Assembly (NCBI GenBank): GCA_043769085.1
Contig: JAYVJR010000047.1
Location: 10,389-74,388, forward strand
Source of the DNA: Gammaproteobacteria bacterium
Lineage (GTDB): Bacteria; Pseudomonadota; Gammaproteobacteria; Steroidobacterales; Steroidobacteraceae
Length of the DNA: 64,000 nucleotides
Direction: 5' to 3'
Positions 1 to 9,341 of this stretch are shown piece after piece. The notes under the pieces are model-generated. The model made no database searches, had not been told where the DNA came from, and saw only the letters and a program-made list of their open reading frames with translations. The stretch's first letter is position 1; every line of letters begins with the position of its first letter. Position numbers and translations under genes: made by a program.

Positions 1-1
1 G

Positions 2-193
2 ACACGCCCAGGCCGCAGTTGGGGACGCGCGTTCGGCCGCAAATTGCAGAACCTAGCGCAAATCCCGGCGGCGGCGCTCAAGGGACTCGAACAAAAAACA
101 CCGATGCTGTTCGATCTTGCGAATTGGCCCAAGGATCGCGACGATGCCGTCGAATACAAAAAAATTCTCAGGCAAAAACGCGGTAAAATCTGA
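2..193 (+). CDS. C-terminal fragment of an unidentified protein (5' end outside window)
   Basis: Frame 2 is open from the window edge to TGA at 191-193 (...LFDLANWPKDRDDAVEYKKILRQKRGKI*). No recognisable motif. Confidence 0.3.
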   Translation, partial: TRPGRSWGRAFGRKLQNLAQIPAAALKGLEQKTPMLFDLANWPKDRDDAVEYKKILRQKRGKI

Positions 194-226
194 CCGCAGC
201 AGCAACGCCGCAGGAATACACGCAAA

Positions 227-1030
227 CTACTTCGAAGGCATATTCTTGAAACGCCGGTGCCAGTCGGTCTCCGCCGGCCCACTGCCGTTTGCCACTGAGA
301 ATATTCTATTTGCCGCATCCGGCAGCCCAGCGGCTGCAATCACGACCGTGGCCACATCATCACGGGTGATCTTCATACCGCTTTGATACTTGTCTCGAGA
401 AAAAATACGAATCGGGTGCATCCCACCCGGATCGTCAGTCATAGCGGTCGGACCCACAACGACAAACTCAAGACCCGATTGCATCAGCGCTTCTTCAGCG
501 CGCCCTTTCCAAATCAGTACGTCGCCGCCGATGTAATTTAGAAAATGGTCTTTTTTGCCCGATACCGACGACGTAATAATGACGAATCGCGTAGCGCCCG
601 CCGCCTTGGCTGCGCGCGCAAGATTGACAGTGCCTTCATAGTCGACGCGCTCCGGCCTGTTAGCGCCTAACGGCATTGCGGTGGCAACGGCCGAGATCAC
701 AACACTGACGCCTTGCAGCGCCGCTGGCAGGGTTTCAGGTCGAGTAACATCGGCTTCCACCCACTCGTATTGAGAGCCGATTTCATCGCGTGCGTCAGCC
801 ACATTGCGAGTCATACCCCGAACACGTACACCCACTGCCGCTAGCTGGCGCAGTACGACTCGTCCGTTCTTGCCGGTCGCACCCGCTAGCAATACCGTCT
901 TGCCGCGCAAATTCGCCAATGATTCAGCGCCGACCAGAGCCTGGGGATCTAGACCCGCGGCACTGCCGTGTGACACTGCAACGAGCCCGAGCAACACGGC
1001 GGCTGACCGAAAGCCGTTAGGTATTTTCAT
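227..1030 (-). CDS. NAD(P)-binding NmrA-like/atypical SDR protein with N-terminal signal peptide
   Basis: Internal ATG at 1030 gives MKIPNGFRSAAVLLGLVAVSHGSAAG, then the Rossmann motif VLLAGATGKNG. ATGA overlap with the upstream MFS gene. Paralog of 7042-7821. Confidence 0.8.
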   Translation of the reverse strand: MKIPNGFRSAAVLLGLVAVSHGSAAGLDPQALVGAESLANLRGKTVLLAGATGKNGRVVLRQLAAVGVRVRGMTRNVADARDEIGSQYEWVEADVTRPETLPAALQGVSVVISAVATAMPLGANRPERVDYEGTVNLARAAKAAGATRFVIITSSVSGKKDHFLNYIGGDVLIWKGRAEEALMQSGLEFVVVGPTAMTDDPGGMHPIRIFSRDKYQSGMKITRDDVATVVIAAAGLPDAANRIFSVANGSGPAETDWHRRFKNMPSK

Positions 1031-2322
1031 TGACTTTGACCTTTTACTGAAAAGTATGGACGCAAAAATTGTATCAGCACCCAAACAATTGCCACCGTGC
1101 CTGCAATGCCAATGGCTCGTTCCACGGACAATACAGTCGCCACTGCGCCCCAGACGACACTGCCCGCAGCCAAGGCCACCATCAATGCCACCATGGACAA
1201 TGACAACCCGCGAGCCAACAAGTCTCGCGGCAACAGCAATTGTGCCGAGATATTGATGCAAGTCAGCGCCACCGACCAACTAAAGCCGGCTCCGACCATG
1301 GCAATTCCAAGCATTACGGAATTATTTGCCGCCACCAACAACAGCATGCAAACGCCGCACAGCGCGGTCGCCGCCCACACCAGGCGCATGCGATTGAATC
1401 GGCGGGTGAACGGCGCCACTGCCAGCGCCCCCAGCACCGAGCCAATCCCGTAGCAACTCATCAGGACGCCCAAGTGCTGGGCCGCCGCGGACTGGCGGTC
1501 GCCATAGTGGGACACAACGAACGATGGCAGCAATCCCAGTACAGCGCTGACCCCAAAAAAACCGGCCAATACCTGAAGAAGCAAACTACGGAACTGCCGA
1601 TCTCGCCATGCAAATTGCAGGCCAGCGCTCAATGCCTCAACAATCCGCACATTGCCCACCGGCGCAACTCTTTTATGGTCACGCCAGCGCGCAACGATGA
1701 TCCAGAGTCCGACAAACGCGAGCGCATTCAACATCAGCGTGGCACCCGCGCCGATGGTGCCGATGAGCGCACCGGCAAATGCGGGGCCCACTGAGCGCGC
1801 CGCACTCGAGGACATTCCGTTGAGCGTCACCGCGCTTGGCAAGTCATCGAGTGGCACGAGATCTGGCAGTGTTGACTGCATTGCCGGTGTCATACCGGAA
1901 GATGCCAGACCAAAAAGAAACGTAATTGACAGCAGGTTGAGCGGCGACAACCCGCCAGAAAAAGCCAGCAAACCAATCGTACCGGTGGCCGCCATGAGCC
2001 CGGTCAACGCCACCAGCATGATCAGGCGCCGGTCGTACAGATCGGCCAGCACGCCCGACAGCAATCCGACCAGCATCACCGACAGGCTCATCACGCCCTG
2101 GATCAGACTGACCTGAAACGGGCTGCCACCGAGACTGACCATCAGCCAGCCTGCCCCTACAGTCTGCATCGAAGCGCCGATGAAGGCGATGAAAGAGAAA
2201 ACCCAGAAGCTCAGAAACATGTTGTTGCGCAAGGCGACCCAGGTTCCTGCAACAACTGCGCCGCGCCCGTCGTGCACAGGCCGGAGCGGGGCTTTCGGCG
2301 GATCGACTGGACCATCGTTCAT
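1027..2322 (-). CDS. MFS transporter
   Basis: About 430 aa and highly hydrophobic, with many predicted TM helices. The start at MNDGPVDPP (ATG 2322) lies 15 bp from an operator. Confidence 0.85.
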   Translation of the reverse strand: MNDGPVDPPKAPLRPVHDGRGAVVAGTWVALRNNMFLSFWVFSFIAFIGASMQTVGAGWLMVSLGGSPFQVSLIQGVMSLSVMLVGLLSGVLADLYDRRLIMLVALTGLMAATGTIGLLAFSGGLSPLNLLSITFLFGLASSGMTPAMQSTLPDLVPLDDLPSAVTLNGMSSSAARSVGPAFAGALIGTIGAGATLMLNALAFVGLWIIVARWRDHKRVAPVGNVRIVEALSAGLQFAWRDRQFRSLLLQVLAGFFGVSAVLGLLPSFVVSHYGDRQSAAAQHLGVLMSCYGIGSVLGALAVAPFTRRFNRMRLVWAATALCGVCMLLLVAANNSVMLGIAMVGAGFSWSVALTCINISAQLLLPRDLLARGLSLSMVALMVALAAGSVVWGAVATVLSVERAIGIAGTVAIVWVLIQFLRPYFSVKGQSQ

Positions 2323-2336
2323 GAGAGTCAAAATTA

Positions 2337-2352
2337 TTGCACACGTATGCAA
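2337..2352. promoter_or_regulatory. LacI-family-type palindromic operator (copy 1), TTGCACACGTATGCAA
   Basis: 16-bp near-perfect palindrome, 15 bp upstream of the MFS start. One of five copies of TTGCA[AC]ACGT[AG]TGCA. Confidence 0.7.
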
Positions 2353-2416
2353 CGTTGACCAGCGATTACCCGGCAGCGCCGCTCGCCGATGTTGACAACA
2401 AACAACACTGACGTTG

Positions 2417-2432
2417 TTGCAAACGTGTGCAG
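2417..2432. promoter_or_regulatory. LacI-family-type operator (copy 2), TTGCAAACGTGTGCAG
   Basis: Same motif, 53 bp upstream of the TonB-dependent receptor start at 2485. Confidence 0.7.
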
Positions 2433-2484
2433 CCTGCGGCAAACTCCCGCCTGTCTGATTTCTAAATTCGGGGGGGGTTCACAA

Positions 2485-5070
2485 ATGAAAATTCGCGCGG
2501 TATTTGCCGGCCTGTTGGTGTTCGTGGCGGGTGCTTGGGCGAGCGCCCAGGAAGCCGCTGTCCTGGATGAAATTCAGGTAACGGCGCGCCGCGTTACGGA
2601 AAACCTGCAGGTTGTTCCGGTTGCGATCACCGCGTTCACCACCGCAGACCTCGAAAAGCAGGGCATCAAGGACATCCGCGACATCGCGAACTTCACCCCG
2701 AACCTGACCTTCACGACCGAGAATTCGGGTCGCTCCAATGTTCCGACCATTCGCGGCATCGGGCTCGTGGACGGCCGCGGCTTCGACAACCCGGTCGGCG
2801 TCTTTATCGACGGCATCTTTGTGTCTGGCCGCGCGTCCAACAATGTCAGCATGCTCGATCTCGAACGCGTCGAGGTCATCAAGGGGCCGCAGAGCGCACT
2901 GTATGGGCGCAACACGTTTTCTGGCGCCATTAACTACGTTACACGAGCGACGCCCACGGAGTTTGCGGCCAAAGCCGAAGCGACCATCGGTACGGATCGG
3001 CTTTGGCGTTTCAGCAGCAATTTCGGCGGCCCGATCACTGACACGGTCGCCGCGCGCCTGGCACTGTCCTACGAAAACGACGATGGCACCTATCGCAATT
3101 CCGGCCCGCTGGGACTCGGCAATGGCATCGGTGGTGGCCAGAAAAAAGCGGCGTTGTTGTCGCTGCGCTTCAAGCCGCGTGACGATCTGACGATCGACGC
3201 CAGTGGCTATTGGTCCAAGGAACGCGTCGACAATCTGCCGAACACTCGGCTGGCTAACAACTGTGGCCGACTCGATCCAATGAATCCGGCCAATACGCAG
3301 GCCATCAGCAGCGACCTGAATAATTTCATCTATTACTGCGGCGAAGCGCCACCCAATGGTTCCGGATTCCTGTCGATGTCCCCGCAAGCGTTTTCGTATG
3401 ATGGTGAGTCCAAGCGCGGCACCGTGGCGGTCAACTGGGAGTTGCCGGGCGTCACCATTCAATCTCTGACTGCGTACACCACGATCAACAACTACGGACA
3501 GAATGACCTGGATCGTACCCAGACTGGTGACGGCGGCTACGGCTACATGTCGCGCGCGGCCTATGTGGCCGCGGGATCACCTCGCTTTATCTGCTCGGGA
3601 TTTGTCCCGGCGGGGCCCTGTTCGGCGGTCGCCGGAGGCGCCACCGCCCCGGTCTTCAACCAGATACGCGCAGCGAGTTTCAACACCTACTTCGGTGCCA
3701 GCGTTTTGGACAGCGACTACTGGTCGTCCGAACTGCGATTCACCACCTCCCGAGAGAAGCGCCTGCGCTGGCTCGGCGGCCTGTTTTACTTCCGCAGCAA
3801 GAACGATGATCAGACCCTGGTTGGTATCGATGCCAGCGAAGCCGTGCGCACGCTCGGCCTGCAGCCCTCGCAGATCCAGTTTCTGCTGCTTGATCCGGGC
3901 GCGATCATCCCGGGCTTGGCACCCAGGGGCGTCGCACTGAATCTGCCGCCGCCGGCGTTCCCGCCCAATGCGATTTTCTTGAACGGCGCGGGCGTCATGA
4001 GTGCGACTTACACACCGCTGGTCGACGTGCAGAAATCCATTTTCGGTTCAGTAGAGTTCGATTTCACAGACCGGTTCACTGGCACTTTGGAATTGCGACA
4101 TACGAGTGAAAAGCAGCAACTCAAAAACTTGGTCGACATCTACTTCGGTGGCCGCGGCACCTTTGACAGCTCATCCAGCTTCAATGATCCGCGCGTCACC
4201 TTGCGCTTCAAGCAGTCCGAGACCCTGATGTTGTACGCCTCTGCCGCACGTGGCACGCGCTCCGGCGGCATTAACGCCTTGATCACTGACCCGGCCTACA
4301 TCACCTATGATCCCGAAACTAACAACACCTATGAACTCGGAGTCAAATCGACGCTGGCTGGCGGTCGCGTACGCTTGAATGCGTCAGTGTTCCAGATCGA
4401 CTGGTCGAATGCGCAATTCCGCCAGGCGGCACCTGGCTCCCAGACCACAGGTACTCTGGTCAACGCGACACTCAACGTCGGCAGCATCACCAGCAAGGGA
4501 CTTGAAGTATCGCTGGCAGCAAATCTGACAGAAAACTGGTCCGTGGATGCCAACGTCGGCTACGCAGATCCTAAATTCGATAGCCAGACCTACGCGCAGT
4601 CGCTCGAACGGCTGTGTACCCAGACGACCAACACGCCAGTACCTATCACCTGCGTCGGTCGCGACATAGACGGCAACGGCAGCATCGATCGCTTCCAGCC
4701 GGATATCAGCGGCAAGCAGTTGACTCGCACGTCCAAGCTCACCGCGAGCCTGGGGCTGGAGTACTCACGTCCCATACTCAGCGATGCGAAACTTGTCGCG
4801 CGGCTGGATGCAGCCCACCGCGGCAAGCAGTTCGGCGACTTCATCAATTCAACCTGGGTTCCGGGCCGCACGCGCGCCAACCTGCGGGTCGGTCTTGAGC
4901 GCGAACATTACGACTTGGTGCTCTGGGTCGAGAATCTCACCGACGACGACACGCCGGATCAGGTCAGCGAGAACGCCTCTAACAACCTAGCGGCATCGTT
5001 TGCCTGGCAGTCAACCAGCATCAATCTGCCACAGCGGCGCTACGGTGTAACCGCACGATACCGGTTCTGA
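2485..5070 (+). CDS. TonB-dependent receptor
   Basis: Signal peptide MKIRAVFAGLLVFVAGAWASAQE. Plug motifs (IQVTARR, VEVIKGPQSALYGRNTFSGAINYV). C-terminal ...RYGVTARYRF. Confidence 0.93.
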   Translation: MKIRAVFAGLLVFVAGAWASAQEAAVLDEIQVTARRVTENLQVVPVAITAFTTADLEKQGIKDIRDIANFTPNLTFTTENSGRSNVPTIRGIGLVDGRGFDNPVGVFIDGIFVSGRASNNVSMLDLERVEVIKGPQSALYGRNTFSGAINYVTRATPTEFAAKAEATIGTDRLWRFSSNFGGPITDTVAARLALSYENDDGTYRNSGPLGLGNGIGGGQKKAALLSLRFKPRDDLTIDASGYWSKERVDNLPNTRLANNCGRLDPMNPANTQAISSDLNNFIYYCGEAPPNGSGFLSMSPQAFSYDGESKRGTVAVNWELPGVTIQSLTAYTTINNYGQNDLDRTQTGDGGYGYMSRAAYVAAGSPRFICSGFVPAGPCSAVAGGATAPVFNQIRAASFNTYFGASVLDSDYWSSELRFTTSREKRLRWLGGLFYFRSKNDDQTLVGIDASEAVRTLGLQPSQIQFLLLDPGAIIPGLAPRGVALNLPPPAFPPNAIFLNGAGVMSATYTPLVDVQKSIFGSVEFDFTDRFTGTLELRHTSEKQQLKNLVDIYFGGRGTFDSSSSFNDPRVTLRFKQSETLMLYASAARGTRSGGINALITDPAYITYDPETNNTYELGVKSTLAGGRVRLNASVFQIDWSNAQFRQAAPGSQTTGTLVNATLNVGSITSKGLEVSLAANLTENWSVDANVGYADPKFDSQTYAQSLERLCTQTTNTPVPITCVGRDIDGNGSIDRFQPDISGKQLTRTSKLTASLGLEYSRPILSDAKLVARLDAAHRGKQFGDFINSTWVPGRTRANLRVGLEREHYDLVLWVENLTDDDTPDQVSENASNNLAASFAWQSTSINLPQRRYGVTARYRF

Positions 5071-5078
5071 TGGCATGA

Positions 5079-5112
5079 GCCGCAGCCGGATCGTTCTAGA
5101 TCCGGCTGCGGC
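5079..5112. terminator. Bidirectional hairpin terminator between convergent genes
   Basis: Perfect 14-bp stem GCCGCAGCCGGATC / GATCCGGCTGCGGC with a 6-nt loop. It lies between the receptor stop (5070) and the YcnI-like stop (5158). No clear U-tract. Confidence 0.6.
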
Positions 5113-5157
5113 CTCCTTAACTTCAAAGGGCCGAGGCCAATAACGCTTCCCTGGGGC

Positions 5158-5778
5158 TCAGGGCTTCTTGCCTTCCATCGGCTTAGCCGCCATCATTTTC
5201 TTGCGCTCCGCGGCGATCACTTCAAACGGCGCAAAAAGCTGTGGTTGTGCCGGGGCGCTGAGGACCACAAACGGCGATGGCTTGGGGCTCAACCAGATGC
5301 GCCAAATCTCTTCCTCTTCTTTGACGGTGTCGATCCACTTGTCATCTGTGGCGCCGCATTTCTGAATGGTTTTGAAATAAACACGTTCGCCTGGCTTGTT
5401 GGGGAAGTTAGTTACGAAGGTGAACAGCCCCGCCTGGTTGCTTGCCAGTGATCCACCGGTCCAAACAACCTCATCCTGCACCTCAGTGATCTCGCGATTG
5501 CCAACTTTCTTGGGCACCGCCAGTTTCCGATTCGTCATTTGCAGCGTCCAGCCTGCCTTGGGTTCTGGCAGCAGCACGTTGACGTTGTCCGGTACCTTGA
5601 TACGAATCTCGGTCGTGGGGGCCGCCCCGCAGCCATGCGGTATGAGTAGCGTCAGCACCGCGCCTTCCCAACCCGCACTTTGATTCATTTGGGTGATTAC
5701 GATGTGGGCGTTGGCAGCCATCGGCACCCCACTGGTTATGGCCGCCACAGCCAAAGCGGTCCATCGGCAATTAGTCAT
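5158..5778 (-). CDS. YcnI/DUF1775-like periplasmic protein (possible copper-binding)
   Basis: Start MTNCRWTALAVAAITSGVPMAANA, then His as the first mature residue (HIVITQ), as in YcnI-type proteins. GGAG RBS upstream. Confidence 0.7.
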   Translation of the reverse strand: MTNCRWTALAVAAITSGVPMAANAHIVITQMNQSAGWEGAVLTLLIPHGCGAAPTTEIRIKVPDNVNVLLPEPKAGWTLQMTNRKLAVPKKVGNREITEVQDEVVWTGGSLASNQAGLFTFVTNFPNKPGERVYFKTIQKCGATDDKWIDTVKEEEEIWRIWLSPKPSPFVVLSAPAQPQLFAPFEVIAAERKKMMAAKPMEGKKP

Positions 5779-5820
5779 AGGATTCTCCTGAGTAAAATTC
5801 TGAAACCGGCACACTCATTG

Positions 5821-5836
5821 TTGCACACGTATGCAT
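5821..5836. promoter_or_regulatory. LacI-family-type operator (copy 3), TTGCACACGTATGCAT
   Basis: In the divergent intergenic region between the YcnI-like gene (start 5778) and the LacI-family gene (start 5902). Implies autoregulation. Confidence 0.7.
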
Positions 5837-5901
5837 AAATCTCGCCCCCTCCCTGTAGAGGATGGGCAGCATGCACTCCTATTGGGTATTATGGCTGCGC
5901 T

Positions 5902-6960
5902 ATGGCAATCAAAGGGAAAACCAAGTCGCGGCGCAAGCGCACCGTAAGCGCGAATGAATCCATTTGCACGTCTCGCGAAGTTGCGTTGCTGGCGGGTGTG
6001 TCGCGCTCCGCCGTGTCGCGCGTGTTTACTCCCAGCGCCAGCGTGTCCGAGAGCACTCGCAACAAGGTCCTCAAGGCCGCGAAAAAGCTTGGTTATCAAC
6101 CGAATGTGATGGCGCGCAGCCTCATTACGCGGCGCTCCGGCCTCATCGGCTTGATCATGGGCGAGTGGGAAAACCCGTTTTATACGACGATGCTCCGCAA
6201 CTTCACCGAGAAGCTGCACGCGCGCGATCATCGTCTGATGTTGCTGGCATGCGATCCGGAGCGCGACGTGGATGCTGCAGCCAGGATTCTCATGCAGTAT
6301 CGAGCGGACGGCATTGTGTTCGTCTCAGCCTCGCCGAGTGAGACTGTAGCGCGCGAGTTCACGCGCAGCGGCGGACGCATGGTGCTGGTTAATCGCGAAT
6401 CCAACCAACTGCCTGTCACCAGTATTGTCTGCGACAATGCGCGCGTCGGACGTGACCTGGCGCAGACGTTGCTGGCCGCGGGCTATCAGAGATTCGCTTT
6501 GTTGCGCGGCAACCCCGCGCTCAGGACCAGCATTTTGCGCAATAACGCGTTTTGCAAAACACTGCAGGCTGCGGGTGCTGGCAAGATCGTCCTGGAGAGA
6601 TCCAACCTGGTGGGGTATGACGCAGGCCGTGCGTTCGCGCGCGAGGCCATGAGCATGGACATGCCGCCCGACGCCATCTTGTGTCCAACCGATGCGACCG
6701 CGATAGGGGTTATCGACGGCGCACGACTCGACAGAAAAATAGATATCCCCGAGGTCCTCGGCGTCGTCGGTTTTGGGGATATTCCTATCGCCAGCTGGGG
6801 CAGCCATGACCTGACAACTGTCCGCTTGCCGATTGAACGCATGGTCGACGCTTCGATCGATGCATTGTTCGCCACCGGCAACCTGCCCATGACTCGCAAA
6901 GTGAATGTGGCCGCGGACATCGTAACGCGTGGCAGCACGCGCCTGATCCGTGTTGATTGA
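5902..6960 (+). CDS. LacI-family transcriptional regulator
   Basis: N-terminal HTH (TSREVALLAGVSRSAVSRVFT...TRNKVLKAAKKLGYQPN) followed by a periplasmic-binding-protein-like sugar-binding fold. 352 aa. Confidence 0.93.
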   Translation: MAIKGKTKSRRKRTVSANESICTSREVALLAGVSRSAVSRVFTPSASVSESTRNKVLKAAKKLGYQPNVMARSLITRRSGLIGLIMGEWENPFYTTMLRNFTEKLHARDHRLMLLACDPERDVDAAARILMQYRADGIVFVSASPSETVAREFTRSGGRMVLVNRESNQLPVTSIVCDNARVGRDLAQTLLAAGYQRFALLRGNPALRTSILRNNAFCKTLQAAGAGKIVLERSNLVGYDAGRAFAREAMSMDMPPDAILCPTDATAIGVIDGARLDRKIDIPEVLGVVGFGDIPIASWGSHDLTTVRLPIERMVDASIDALFATGNLPMTRKVNVAADIVTRGSTRLIRVD

Positions 6961-6977
6961 GGCAGCTATAGACTCTG

Positions 6978-6993
6978 TTGCAAACGTATGCAA
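6978..6993. promoter_or_regulatory. LacI-family-type operator (copy 4), TTGCAAACGTATGCAA
   Basis: 49 bp upstream of the start at 7042. Confidence 0.7.
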
Positions 6994-7041
6994 GCATTGT
7001 CCTTTGTGGCGTTTTTTTGATTTCATGGAAAGAGACTATCT

Positions 7042-7821
7042 ATGGCAAGCATGAGCAAACGGTCGGTGTTTTTGGCGTTGGCAATTCTGGCAACCGTGGC
7101 TCTGTCGCCGGTGCGCGTTGAGGCGGCCAAGCCGTCTGGCAAAGTGCTCATTGTGGGTGCTACTGGACGCAGCGGACCGGGGATGATTGACGCGTTGAAA
7201 GCGGCGGGATACACAGATTTATATGCTTTGGTGCGCGATGCCTCGAGCGCGAAAACCAAACTCAGCAGCGACATCAAACTCCTGCAGGGCGATGTCCGCG
7301 ATCCGGCAAGCCTCAAGGCCGCCATGCAAGGCGTCACCTACGTCGTGTCAGCCTTGGGATCCAATACCTTTAACGACCCTGCTAACAGCCCGGAGATTGT
7401 GGATTACCAAGGCGTGCGCAATCTGGCCGAGGCCGCCAAAGCGGCCGGTGTCAAACAGTACGTGCAAGTTTCGTCGATGGGCGTCACCAATCCAAATCAT
7501 CCTTTGAATCGTTTCGGCAAAGTAATGGACTGGAAACTCAAAGGCGAAATGGCGTTGCGCGCCAGCGGCGTTCGCTACACCATTGTTCGCGCCGGTGGTC
7601 TGGGAGATGAACCTGGTGGCAAGGTCGGCATTCGCGCACTCCAGGGCGACAAGCTCGACGGCGGACGCATTACACGCGCCGACGTCGGCACGGTGTGCGC
7701 GAAGGCTCTGGGCAATCGCCACGCGATCAACAAGACGTTCGAGATCGTCGGCGGCGACCCGGGCGCGACCGTAAACTGGTCAAGATTTTTCAGGGACCTT
7801 GCTGCAGACCCGACGCCGTAA
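7042..7821 (+). CDS. NAD(P)-binding NmrA-like/atypical SDR protein with signal peptide
   Basis: MASMSKRSVFLALAILATVALSPVRVEA, then VLIVGATGRSG. Collinear similarity to 227-1030 (YQGVRNLAEAAKAAG vs YEGTVNLARAAKAAG). Confidence 0.8.
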   Translation: MASMSKRSVFLALAILATVALSPVRVEAAKPSGKVLIVGATGRSGPGMIDALKAAGYTDLYALVRDASSAKTKLSSDIKLLQGDVRDPASLKAAMQGVTYVVSALGSNTFNDPANSPEIVDYQGVRNLAEAAKAAGVKQYVQVSSMGVTNPNHPLNRFGKVMDWKLKGEMALRASGVRYTIVRAGGLGDEPGGKVGIRALQGDKLDGGRITRADVGTVCAKALGNRHAINKTFEIVGGDPGATVNWSRFFRDLAADPTP

Positions 7822-7845
7822 GAGCGTTAAGAACAAGCGGCATCG

Positions 7846-8199
7846 CTACATCGGCGCTGTCGCTTGTTCCACCTTGTCGCCGCCATAACGTGAATACAAG
7901 CGACCGTAGATTCGCTTGATCATCGCCTCACGCTCGATCTTGAGCAGCACTTCTGTTGCCGCTGCTGGCCGACCTTTTTCAAGCGCGGCACGCAGGTCCA
8001 CACCCTTGTCCGCCAATAACTCTTCCAGGTGCACTTGGCGATCGCGCAGCACCCAAATTTCCGCGCCCAATTCCAACACGATTCCGATCAGATGGTCCAC
8101 GACTTCATTGTCAAAATAGACCGGGTTGTTAGGTTGAAACCCAGGCAGATCGCGCACGTAGTCCAGCGAATCGGCGGGATTTTTTGCTTTCTCACTCAT
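7846..8199 (-). CDS. Hypothetical protein, 117 aa
   Basis: ATGA overlap with the upstream methyltransferase gene and coding-like composition. No motif recognised. Confidence 0.6.
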   Translation of the reverse strand: MSEKAKNPADSLDYVRDLPGFQPNNPVYFDNEVVDHLIGIVLELGAEIWVLRDRQVHLEELLADKGVDLRAALEKGRPAAATEVLLKIEREAMIKRIYGRLYSRYGGDKVEQATAPM

Positions 8200-9290
8200 G
8201 GCTTGACTCCGACACGGCCAGTTCGCAGCGCCGCACCCTGGTCCATGGGATTGTAGGCACGCATTACGAAGCCGGCAGCACTCATCAGGTCTTCGATATT
8301 TGATCGGATGAACCCTGGCAGGAATGGCTCGCCATTGTCCGCGGCATCCATCTCTGCAAAGAACATGCTGTACACATCGCGCCCACGGTCGCCGGAGAAA
8401 TCCAGCACGGTGAACGTGCCACCCGGCCTTAAAACGCGAAAAGCCTCGGCGATCACACGACGCGCGATCGGCACCGGCACTTCATGGAAAAACAACAGTG
8501 CAAAAACGACATCGAAATGCCCGTCGGGATAGCGCATGTCTTCGGCGAGCATCTGCTTGAAATGCACATCGATGTTCTGCTCGACAGCACGCAGATGCGC
8601 GTAGCGCACCATGGCGGCACTGACATCAATACCGTGCACTTCAGCGTCCGGATAGGCGCGCTTGAATGCTGTCGTGGTAGCCCCTGCGCTCGCGCCCAAA
8701 TCCAGCACGCGACTCACCCGCCCATCCTCAGGCTTGGCCGCAGCGCGCACCGACATCGTCGACACCATGTCGTTATCCGCAGCGCCGCCCAGGAATACCT
8801 TTAAGCCGAAGTCATACAGCAGACCTGCCAAGGGCTCGGCACTGTAGCCCCGAGGCTGCAAGTGAATTTGTGTCTGCGCATAGTCGGGAATCGGTGTTTT
8901 GGGATCGTATTCGACGCTGCCCGGGCCCTGCTTGTCGGCCTCGTCGAGCGCCGCCATCAGCTGCTCACGCCGTCCGCCGAAAGCGCTCTGCAGCCGGTTC
9001 CAGAATGCCTCTTGCAGACTGCGCTTGACTCGGTAATAGGTTTTGAGCGCGGGGTCGGCCATCAGCACATTGATGGACTGACGCGTCGCAGCCGGATCGG
9101 CAGTTTGCGGCACACCGGCTTTCAACATGATTTCGCGGCTGTACTGCCCAATGGGACGCTGCTGGGCATGCAACAGGAAATTGCGCGCGTCCGCAATGAA
9201 ATCCACGTAGGCCTCATCGCGACGAGTCGGCAGCGCCGGATAGGGCCCGGCCACTTTGCCGCGCGGATAAACCAGTTCAGTGATCGACAT
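8196..9290 (-). CDS. Class I SAM-dependent methyltransferase
   Basis: Motif I VLDLGASAGATT and the downstream DVVFALLFFHEVP. Start taken at MSITELV (ATG 9290). Confidence 0.85.
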   Translation of the reverse strand: MSITELVYPRGKVAGPYPALPTRRDEAYVDFIADARNFLLHAQQRPIGQYSREIMLKAGVPQTADPAATRQSINVLMADPALKTYYRVKRSLQEAFWNRLQSAFGGRREQLMAALDEADKQGPGSVEYDPKTPIPDYAQTQIHLQPRGYSAEPLAGLLYDFGLKVFLGGAADNDMVSTMSVRAAAKPEDGRVSRVLDLGASAGATTTAFKRAYPDAEVHGIDVSAAMVRYAHLRAVEQNIDVHFKQMLAEDMRYPDGHFDVVFALLFFHEVPVPIARRVIAEAFRVLRPGGTFTVLDFSGDRGRDVYSMFFAEMDAADNGEPFLPGFIRSNIEDLMSAAGFVMRAYNPMDQGAALRTGRVGVKP

Positions 9291-9325
9291 ACAGCACCTC
9301 CAGAACATTGATTATCGCCAATTTC

Positions 9326-9341
9326 TTGCACACGTGTGCGT
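9326..9341. promoter_or_regulatory. LacI-family-type operator (copy 5), TTGCACACGTGTGCGT
   Basis: 36 bp upstream of the methyltransferase start. Confidence 0.7.

Noticed and set aside
2479-3462. Long antisense or out-of-frame ORFs throughout the track (for example 2479-3462 -, 15338-15859 -, 33724-34164 +, 48500-49147 +, 49310-50083 +, 50176-50883 +, 51481-52290 +, 55893-56609 -, 56783-57472 -, 57473-58234 -).
   Set aside because: They overlap ORFs with clear family motifs. Their products are Arg/Ala/Pro-rich low-complexity sequences typical of shadow ORFs in GC-rich DNA. No motifs were recognised.
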